The notes under the pieces were generated by a model. The model was not told the origin of the DNA, did not search any database, and saw only the letters and a program-made list of their open reading frames with translations. 64,000 nucleotides of DNA, taken from Malacoraja senta. Lineage: Eukaryota. Location: positions 3,598,001-3,662,000 of the forward strand of contig CM075999.1 in assembly GCA_038087875.1 (NCBI GenBank), read 5' to 3'. Each line of letters opens with the position of its first letter. The first letter of the stretch is position 1. This document shows positions 54,414 through 64,000 of the stretch, piece by piece. The position numbers and the translations under genes are program-made.

Positions 54414-55433
54414 TCATAAGTGATAGGAGCAGAATTAGACCATTCGGCCCATCAAGTCTGCTCCGCCATTCTATCACAGCGGGTAGAGCTGCTGCCACAC
54501 AGCGCCAGATACATGGGTTTGGTTGGGATCTCAGGCATTGTGAGGTCTTGGTTACACCAGCTGCCACACTGTGCCTGGTTCGATCCTAACCTAGGGTGCT
54601 GGCTGCGTGTGTGGAGTTTGCACGTTCTCCCTGTGACTGTGTGGGTTTCCTCCAGGTGCCCTGGTTTCCGCCCATGTCCCAAAGACGTGCGGGTTTGTAG
54701 GTTAATTGGCCCCTCTGTAAATGCTCCATAGTGTGTAGGGAGTGGATGAGAAAGTGGGATAACATGGAACTAGTGTGTAAACGGGTAATCGATGGTTGGC
54801 GTGGACTTCGTGTTTCCATGCTGGATCTTTCAAACCCTCCATCATAGGGCACGGACCGACAACAATCACCCAGAAACAGGCCCTTCGGCCCACCGAGCCC
54901 GCGATCACCCCGTACACTAGCTCTACCCTACACATTAGGGACGATTTACAATTTACAGAAGTACAAACTTGCACGTCTTTGGGATGTGGAAGGAAACCGG
55001 AGCACCCAGAGAGAACCCACGCGGGTCACAGGGAAAACGTACAAACTCTGTACAGACAGCACCCGTAGTCAGGATGGAACCCGGGGCTGGGCGCTGTGAG
55101 GCAGCAACTCTACCGCTGTGCCACTGTGCCCATCCTGGGACAACATTTACCACAATGCTGCAAAAAAAGAGGGGAAATAAATTTGCACGATGAAGGAACA
55201 GAATATTTAGAGGGGAAGCTTGTTGTTGTTTAAATTGTTGAGTAAAGTCGCAGGTCCTTTTCCGGTACCGATGTTCCAAAGAATACCGCCCGGGTTGGAT
55301 CAGATTGTAGCCGAGTGCAGCATCTTCACCAAGAACAGCAACACCTGAGTTTGCCCCAAAATCTCACCACGGAACAAAACATAAAAATAACACCTGCAGA
55401 ATGTTACCGTGTCTGAAACCAAGAAGTGGGAAT

Positions 55434-55847
55434 CTGAAGAAGGGTCCCGACCCGAAACCTCACCTATCCATGTTCTCCAGAGATGCTGCCTGACCCGCTG
55501 AGTTACTCCAGCACTCTGTGAAACGTCACCTATCCATGTTCCGGCAGCATCTATGGAGCGAAGGAAATAGGCAACGTTTCGGCCCGAAACCCTTCCGGGT
55601 TTCGGCCCGAAACGTTGCCTATTTCCTTCAGGGTTTCAGCCCGAAAGGTTGCCCATTTCCTTCGCTCCACAGATGCTGCCTGACCTGCTGAGTTACTCCA
55701 GCACTCTGTGAAACGTCACCTATCCATGTTCTCCACAGATGCTGCCTGACCCGCTGAGTTACTCCAGCACTCTGTGAAACATCACCTATCCATGTTCTCC
55801 ACAGATGCTGCCTGACCCGCTGAGTTACTCCAGCACTCTGTGTCTAT
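55434..55847 (-). repeat. Composite 66-bp tandem array with palindromic core
   Basis: Same unit and same core junction ctatccatgttc|cggcagcatc. Confidence 0.85.
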
Positions 55848-58231
55848 CTTAAGTAGGGATTAAGTAGCCATGATCACATTGAATGGCGGTGCTGGCTTGA
55901 AGGGCCGAATGGCCTACTCCTGCACCTATTGTCTATTGTCTGTGGACTCGGTGGGCCGAAGGGACTGTTTCCGTGCTGTATCTCTAAACTAAGCCAAACA
56001 TCATACGCTTCTCCGTACAGACAGCGCCCCGTAGTCAGGATGGAACCCGGGTCCCTGGCGCTGTGAGGCAGCAGCACTACCCGCTGCAACACCGTGTCAG
56101 TATCCAGGTCAACATGTCCCTCTGTTACCCAGCTGACCACTGGGATACAGGCACTGTACCATTCTGCAGAGAAAGGAGTTCACCACACGGAGCAGCCACT
56201 AGAGCAAGCAGGCGCTGCAGCGTGGAAGGTTTATTATCACAGGGAAACAAACCAGGCGGCCAGGACTTGTGAAATCATTGTAACATTTGCGATTCATTTC
56301 AATGCATTTCATATAAATAAGCAATAGAATAAAACTCCACTCCATCACCAATTCCACCTCATGCCGTACAGGTAATGGTGCAGACGTACAAATGCCTTCT
56401 CTACTGACTGGAGGTTTCCACTGTCTGTGGAATTCTCTGCCTCAGAGGGCGGTGGAGGCCGGTTCTCTGGATGCTTTCAAGAGGGAGCTAGATAGGGCTC
56501 TTAAAGATACGGAGTCAGGGGATATGGGGAGAAGGCAGGAACGGGGTACTGATTGGGGATGATCAGCCATGATCACATTGAATGGCGGTGTTGACTCGAA
56601 GGGCCGAATGGCCTACTCCTGCACCTATTGTCTATTGTCTATAATAAATGGAAGTTGTAATGGATCGATAATGATGGTGAAGCAAGAATTCACAATTGCC
56701 CTTGGTTTGTTGAAGGTAAATTGAAGATCCTTACTGGGTCAGCGACTGATGATGTCACACTGTAACACGCGTGACCCTGTAGTGGTTAGTCTGTCACCCA
56801 GGGTGGGGATAGACACAGAGTGCTGGAGTAACTCCGTGAGTCAGGCAGCATCTGTGGACAACATGGGGAAGTGACGTTTCTAGTCAGGATTCTTCTTCAG
56901 ACTAAATGTGTAGGAAGGAACTGCAGGTGCTGGTTTAAATCAAAGATAGACACAAAATGCTGGAGCAACTCAGCGAGGCAGGCAGCATCTCTGGAGAGAA
57001 GGAACGGGTGACGTGGTCAAGAAGGGTCTCAAACCGAAAAGTTACCCATTCCTTCTCTCCAGAGATGCCACCTGTCCCGCCGAGTTACTCCAGCATTTTG
57101 TGTCTGTTCTTCTTCAGACTGATGGAATTCGACCCGAAACGTCACTTACACATGATCTCATCAGTTCATAAGTGATAGGAGCAGAATGAGGCCATTTGGC
57201 CAATCAAGTCTACTCCGGCATTCAATCATAGCTGATCTATCTCTCCTGCCTTCTCTCCATAACCCCGACACCCGTACTAATCATGAATCTATCTATCTCT
57301 GCCTTAAAAATATCCATTGCCTTGGCCCCCACAGCCTTCTGTGGCAATGAATTTCACAGATTCACCACCCTCTGACCAGAGAGGTGCTGCTTGACCTGCT
57401 GAGTTACTCCAGAACTCTGTGTCTTTTTGTGTAAAGCAGCATCTGCGGTTCCTTGTTCCTGCCTGGGGTAAGGATGTGGATTTGGGGTTAGTCCAGGGAC
57501 ATTTCCCTAACACAATGGTACAAGTGTCGGGATGAGACGGTGTATAGGGCAATGAAAGGATTGGGTTGGACTCAGCATTTCATCCAGATTGGGGTGATAT
57601 GTTCAGTATGGCTGAGTTGAGTTTAATGTCACGTGTACTGAGGTCCAGTGAAAAGCTTTTTGTTGCGTGCTAACCAGTCAGCGGGAAGACAATACATGAT
57701 TACAATCGAGCCGTGTACAGATACACCAACTAGAGAGGAGTCCTGACCCCCCCCCACCTCATTGGAGACCCCTTGGACAATCTTCAATCGGGCTTTATCT
57801 TGCATGAAACCTGATACTCTTTACCATGTACCTGCTCGCTGTGGACGGCTCGATTGTAATCCTGTTATATCGTTCCGCTGACTGGATGGTCTTTTCACTG
57901 TATCTCAGTACATGTGACAATAAACGGGGTGGGAGTCCCTCGAGGTCAGGCTGGGATGGACAGGATACGTGGGGGGGTGGGCGTCGAGATCAAACCCGGC
58001 GTGGAGGTGGAGGTGGAGGGGGGAGGGGGAGGTGGAGGGGGGAGGGGAAACAAAGACGGGATCAATACTCTATGTAACTCTGCCGGCGACACTTTTGTGT
58101 AACTCTTTACGACTCTTTGGCTGGGTACAGGTGACCATCACCAGGTGACCATCACCTGTACAGGTATCATCATCATCTATACCAGGGTGGCGACGTGTAA
58201 CCACTGCACGCCGCCCAGGTGTGGCACGTAC

Positions 58232-58381
58232 CTGTGTAGTGATGAACCAGCTGCTGCACCGTCTCAAACTGGGCTCGAGTCGTGATGTAATACCCACCGT
58301 TGTCCAGCTTACGCACCTTGTAGTGTTTGACATGGTCCGCTTTCACCTCGTCCCAGTCTCGGATGGACAGCGAGTACGCAC
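58232..58381 (-). CDS. yrk: Src-family kinase exon, SH2 ([50 protein letters not shown])
   Basis: 150 nt; cccag acceptor, gtacgt donor; SH2 VKHYK motif. Confidence 0.94.
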
Positions 58382-59034
58382 CTGGGCACACAAACACACC
58401 TTCAGTTCAATTTCAGGTAGTCCTTGCTTTCTCCCTCCTTCCCCTCCCCAGCTCTCCCACAGCCCACTCTCTCCGCCTCTTCCTTTCTTCTTCCCACTTC
58501 CGGACCCCCCCGCCCTCCCCCCCCAGTCTGAACAAGGGTCTCGACCCCGAAGCGTCACCTATTTCCTTCGCTCCAGAGATGCTGCCTGTCCCGCTGAGTT
58601 TCTCCAGCATTTTTGTCCACCTTCCATTTTTCCAGCATCTGCAGTTCTTTCTCAAACACGTTCAGTTCACTTACACAACACAAAAGTTCACACACAAAAA
58701 TGCTGAAGAAACTCAGCGTGACAGGCAGCATCTATGGAGCCAAGGAATGGTCGACGTTTCGGGTCGAGACCCTTTGTCTAGTTCAGTTCAATTTATTCCA
58801 GCTTTTTGTGTCTCTCTTCAGTGAAGGGGGTGATGGCCTCACTGTCTCTTCTCGAGCTGTTGTTTCCTGCCATGTTGAGGGCCGTTTAATCCCATCACAC
58901 ACATATAGTGCAGGTGTGTAGATTAATCGGCTTGGTGTATGTGTAAATTGTCCCTAGTGTGTGTAGGATAGTGGGAGTGTGCGGGGATCGCTGGTCAGCA
59001 TGGCCTTGGTGGGGCCGAAGGGCCTGTTTCCGCT

Positions 59035-59128
59035 CTGTATCTCTGTATCTGTCCCCGTGTAGGTGTATCTCTGTATCTGTCCCTGTGTAGGTGTATCTCT
59101 GTATCTGTCCCTGTGTCGGTGTATCTCT
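59035..59128. repeat. About 3 x 28-bp tandem repeat at a SINE tail
   Basis: tgtatctctgtatctgtccctgtgtagg units. Confidence 0.8.
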
Positions 59129-59169
59129 AACCGCGCTGTGCGGAGAAGGTTCGCGGATCCCAGCCTCAC

Positions 59170-59273
59170 CCTTGGTGGTCTCGCTCTCCCGAATCAGGAA
59201 TGTTCCCCTGGGGTTCCCCGCACACAGCAGCAGCCTCTCGGCATCCTTGCGCCCCATCTTCCCAAAGTACCAT
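59170..59273 (-). CDS. yrk: Src-family kinase exon, SH2 start ([34 protein letters not shown])
   Basis: FLIRES SH2 signature; 104 nt; ctgcag acceptor, gtgagg donor. Confidence 0.94.
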
Positions 59274-59440
59274 CTGCAGCGGGAAGAGACAAACACAAAC
59301 ACAGATCAAACACGGCTGGTGCCGGCGTGGGGAAGAGGTTATGGCCACTCGAGGGTTATTAACGGAGTGGGGGGGGGGGGGGGGGGGCAGAGAGAGAGAG
59401 AGACTGCATCCAGTCATGGTGTTTGGACACAAGGCAGAGC

Positions 59441-59479
59441 ATGTGTGTACATGTGTGTGTGTGTGTGTGTGTGTGTACA

Positions 59480-59510
<31 letters not shown>

Positions 59511-59816
59511 ATGTGTACATGTGTGTGTGTGTGTGCGTGTATGTGTACATGTGTGTGTGTGTGTGTACATGTGTGTGTGTGTGTACGTGTGTGTACATGT
59601 GTGTGTGTGTCTGTGTACATGTGTGTGTGTGCGTGTATGTGTACATGTGTGTGTGTGTGTACATGTGTGTGTGTACATGTGTGTACGTGTGTGTGTGCGT
59701 GTGCGCGTGTGTGTGTATGTGTGTGCGCGTGTGCGTGTGTGTATGTGTGTGCGCGTGTGCGTGTGTGTATGTATGTGTGTGTGTGTGTGTGCGTGTGTGT
59801 ATTTGTGTGCGTGTGT
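59441..59816. repeat. Interrupted (TG)n microsatellite in a kinase intron
   Basis: Direct inspection. Confidence 0.95.
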
Positions 59817-59932
59817 CCGTCTAAACCACAGGCTGAAGCGGTCAATGCTTGCTGCCATTGGCCGCGGTGAAGGTCTCGTTACGGTGGGGTGACCAGTGAG
59901 CGGTGACCAGTGACCAGTGAGCCGTGACCTAC

Positions 59933-60031
59933 TCCTCAGCCTGGATGGAGTCCACTGGGGCCACATAGTTGCTGGGGATGTAGCCAGTCTGGCCAGTGGT
60001 CAGTGAACGAGCTTCCCACCAGTCTCCTTCC
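59933..60031 (-). CDS. yrk: Src-family kinase Yrk/Fgr-like, exon encoding the second half of SH3 ([32 protein letters not shown])
   Basis: SH3 WW and PSNY motifs; 99-nt exon with ttgcag acceptor and gtaggt donor; phase fits the next exon. Confidence 0.93.
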
Positions 60032-61979
60032 CTGCAACAAAAACAAAGCACACCGCTCAGCCTGGTCATCACCGTCACATAGAAACACAGACAATAGGTG
60101 CAGGAGTAGGCCATTCAGCCTTACGAGCCAGCACCGCCATTCAATGTGATCATGGCTGATCATCCACAATCAGTTCCCCGTTCCTGCCTTCTCCCCATAT
60201 CCCCCGATTCCATTCGCCCTGAGAGCCAGCAACAGTCAGCTCCTGATCACCACTTATGCAGCAAATCACCAGCAAGCCAAGGAGAAGTGCTTACTTGGTG
60301 ACATTTACCAACTGGTTAGCTTTGCACTGTACCTCGGTACACGTGACAATAGACTGAACTGAAACTGGAAAATCATTTTGTGCATCTAAATGAATCCGCA
60401 ATTTTTTTAATTTTTCAATTTCCAAATCAATCTTTGTTTTGTTTTCTCAAGAAAGCCATGATCTTATTCTGAAACATCAGGGGGAATGTCCGTGGTGTAA
60501 GGCAGTAACTGAGTTGAGTCTATTGTCACGTGTAACGAGGTACAGTGAAAAGCTTTAGTTACGTGCTAACCAGTCAGTGGAAAGACAATACATGATTACA
60601 ACCGAGCCGTCCACAGTGTACAGATACATGATAAGGGAATAACGTTTAGTGCAAGGTAAAGCCAGCAAAGTCCGGTCAAGGATAGTCCGAGGGTCCCCAA
60701 TGAGGTAGATAGTAGATCAGGACTGCTCTCTAGTTGGTGAGAAAACAGTTCAGTTGCCTGATAACAGCTGGGCCCAGTACGTCTATAGAAGGGTCCCAAC
60801 CTGAAACATCACCTGCTCTCGTTCTACAGAGATACTGACCGCTGAATTGAGAATGGAGATGAGGAGGAATTTCTTTAGTCAGAGGGCGGTGAATCTGTGG
60901 AATTCATTGCCACAGACGGCTGTGAAGGCCATGTCATAAGTGTCATAGAGTCAAACAACACGGAAACAGACCCTTCGGCCCAACTAGTCCATGCCAACCA
61001 AGATGCCCCACCTGGTCCCACCTGCCCGCGTTTGGCCCATATCCCCCTAAGCCTTTCCTATCCCTGTACCTGTCCAGGTATATTTTAAACGTTTTGATTG
61101 TACCTGCTGCCTCAACTACCTCCTCCAGCAGCTCGTTCCATCCACCACGCTCTGGGTGAAAAAAAATGCTCTTCAGGTTCCTATTAAATCTGTCCCCTCT
61201 CACCTTAAACCGGAGTCCTCTGGTCCTCGATTCCCCTACTCTGGGCAAGAGACTCTGTACATCCACCCGATCTATTTCCCTCGTGAGTTCCTCCAGCACT
61301 TTGTCTTTTGCTCAGTTAGTTATTGGTTATTATATGGTCATGTTTGTCAAAGATAAACGCCTGCTTGTATTTTTATAAGTTATTAAACGTTGAAGTACAG
61401 CACTAGATATTGGGATAGATGGCCCTGTAGATACTATGCTTGCACCCAGCACACAGGACTAACTGGACCATCACTGCCATCTGCAGGTGACACCACAAAC
61501 TGCAACAGGGAAGGGTCTCGACCCAAAACGTCACCCATTCCTTCTCTCCAGAGACGCTGCCCGTCCCGCTGAGTTACTCCAGCTTTTATGTGTCTACCTT
61601 CGGTTTAAACCAGCATCTGCAGTTCAGAGATGCAGCGCAGAAACAGGCCATTCGGCCCATCGATTCCACACCGACCAACGATCCCTGCACATTTATACCA
61701 CACCACACATACTAGTGACAATTTTTAAAAATATATACCAAGCCAATTAATGAACAAACCCGTACGTCTTTCCTGCTAACAATCTCTGGTGATCTGAAGA
61801 TAGACGCAAAGTAACTCAGTGGGTCAGGCAGCATCTCTGGAGAAAACAGATGAGTGATGATTCAGGTCGAGACCTTGTGACCTGAAACCTCACCCATCCT
61901 TTATCTCCACAGATGCTGCCTGAGCCACTGTGTTACTCCAGCATGTTGTGCTTTGGTTAACAATCATTAGGGTGCATTC

Positions 61980-62380
61980 CTCCAAATTGGAGGAACAGCA
62001 TCTCATATTTCGCTTGGGCAGCTTACAGCCCAGTGGTATGAATATTGATTCATCAAACTTCAGGTAGCCCCGGCATTCCCTCTCTCTCCATCCTTCCCCC
62101 ACCCAAGTCGCACCAGCTTCTCATTCACACCCAACAAACAGCTAACAATGGCCTGTTGCCTTTGTCATCGTTACTTTTTTGCATCTTTCATTCATTGTTC
62201 TTTATCTCTCCACATCATCGTCTATATCTCTCGTTTCCCTTATCCCTAACCAGTCTGAAGGGTCTCGACAGGAAATATCACCCATTCCTTCTTTCCGGAG
62301 ATGCTGCCTTTCCCGCTGAGTTACTCCAGCTTTTTGTGTCTATCTTCAATGTAAACCAACATCTGCAGATTTTTCCTGCA
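61980..62380 (+). mobile_element. Penelope-like element 3' end
   Basis: KLEEQHLIFRLGSLQPSGMNID translation plus terminal repeat. Confidence 0.78.
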
Positions 62381-63174
62381 TATTTTGTCCCTGCGTTTTA
62401 TGGTTTTGATCATCAATGAGGAGAGCAATTTCAGCTACTAGAGGGCAGGCAAGGACCACGTTTTAAACAAACGCTGATAAATAACATGTGTATGAAGGAA
62501 CTGCAGGTGCTGGTTTAAAATCGATGACAGACACAAATTGCTGGAGTAACTCAGCAGGACAGGCAGCATCTCTGGAGAGAAGGAACGGGTGACGTGTCGG
62601 GTCGAGACCCTTCTTCAGACTTATCATCTCCAAGTCTCCCTCTTCCCTGAAGAAGGGTCTCGACCCGAAACATCGACCTTCTATCCAGAGATGCTGCCTG
62701 TCCTGCAGATTTACTCCAGCATTGTGTGTCTACCTTACTTTCGAACCTGCCTCCATTACATGTCTGGGATAGAAATCTATTAAATGCAGAATGTGTCAGA
62801 AAGAACTGCAGATGCAGTAAACAGCCACTCCACCAGGCTCAGGGTCCTGAATGTGACATTCTTATGTGTTACAGCAAAACCCATAGCATTAGATCAGAGG
62901 ATGAAACTCAAATCCCACTGGAAATATCTTTTAAAAGTTACAGGTACAGCATGGATACAGCCCCTTCCTTCAGTGGTTTGTGTAGGAAGGAACTGCAGAT
63001 GCTGGTTTAAACTGAAGATAGACCGAGTGCTGGAGTAACTCAGCGGGACAGGCAGCATCTCTGGAGAGAAGGAATGGGTGACGTTTCGGGTCAGACTTCA
63101 TTGTTTGATCCTCAGGGGTTTTACATCATTAAGACTTGCCCCCCCCCCCCCGGTTACTGACCAGTCTCACTCCC

Positions 63175-63462
63175 TTTAGACTTTAGAGATACAGCGTGGA
63201 AACAGGCCCTTCGGCCCACCGAGTCCGTGCCGACCAGTGATCACCCCGTACACGAGCACTACCCTACACCCACTAGGAACAATTTACAATCTACAGAAGG
63301 CAATTAACCTACAAACCCGTACGTCTTTGGGATGTGGGAGGAAACCGGAGCACCCGGAGTAAACCCACGCGGTCACAGGGAGGACGTGCAAACTCCCGTG
63401 GTCAGGATCGAACCTGGTTCTCTGGCGCTGCGAGGCAGCAACTCTACCGCTGCGCCACCGCG
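63175..63462 (-). mobile_element. HE1-like V-SINE
   Basis: Reverse-complement match to 4735-5048. Confidence 0.82.
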
Positions 63463-64000
63463 CTGACCTCAATGCCATCCCACTTTCTCATCCACCCCCG
63501 ACACACTGGGGGCAATTTACAGAAGCCAATTAACCTACAAACCCGCACGTCTTTGGGAAACCGGAGCACCCGGAGTAAACCCACGCGGTCACAGGGAGAA
63601 CGTGCAAACTCCACACAGACAGCACCCGAGGTGAGGATCGAACTGTGTTGCCCTGGAGCCATTTGATCAATGAGAAAATTGTGAGGGACTGTAGGAATTA
63701 GAAACCACAAAATTAATTTTCAGTTTTTAATATACCCGACTGAAGTACAAACTAAACCTCAAGTTCAACGTAAGGTCATAAGGAATAGGAATAGAATTAG
63801 GCCATTCGGCCCATCAAGTCTGCTCTGCCAGTCAATCATGGCTGATCTATCTCTCCCTCCTAACCCCATTTTAAATGGAAACAGGCCATTTGGCCCATTG
63901 AGTTTGTGCCAACCTATCAACCAATCAAACACAAGAGACTGCAGAAGCAGCAATCTGGAGCAAGAGACAAAGTGCTGGAGGAACTCAGTGGGTCAGGCAA

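Noticed and set aside
62435..62450. CTCF-like motif ctactagagggcag
   Set aside because: A single short match is not supportable without ChIP or conservation data
60032..64000. N-terminal/ALYDY exons of the kinase
   Set aside because: Not found by eye; the region is repeat-filled intron, so they probably lie beyond the window

Overview
Repeat-dense vertebrate genomic DNA, most likely from a cartilaginous fish (skate/ray/shark). This is inferred from the mix of HE1/V-SINE-type tRNA-derived SINEs, CR1, L2, Rex1/Babar and Penelope-like elements. The right half (38.4-60.0 kb, minus strand) holds 10 coding exons of a Src-family kinase of the Yrk/Fgr (Fyn-related) type, from mid-SH3 to the stop codon, all with canonical GT-AG boundaries. 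These include a duplicated, mutually exclusive exon-7 pair: 7A is FynB-like and 7B is FynT/Src-like. As assembled, 7A is 164 nt and frameshifted by one base. The N-terminal exons were not found and probably lie beyond the window. A 3' fragment (TM5-TM7 plus tail) of an orphan class A GPCR follows a 200-N gap at 17.9-18.4 kb. The most striking non-genic signal is many dispersed minimal hammerhead-ribozyme motifs (CTGAAGA-stemII-GAAACGTC) carried by Penelope-derived repeats, including three copies of a composite 66-bp tandem array with a palindromic core. Also present are a Vingi-like LINE, a decayed PIF/Harbinger transposon with TIRs, and a ~0.5-kb intronic inverted duplication bracketing the alternative exons. 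All calls were made by eye, without database searches.
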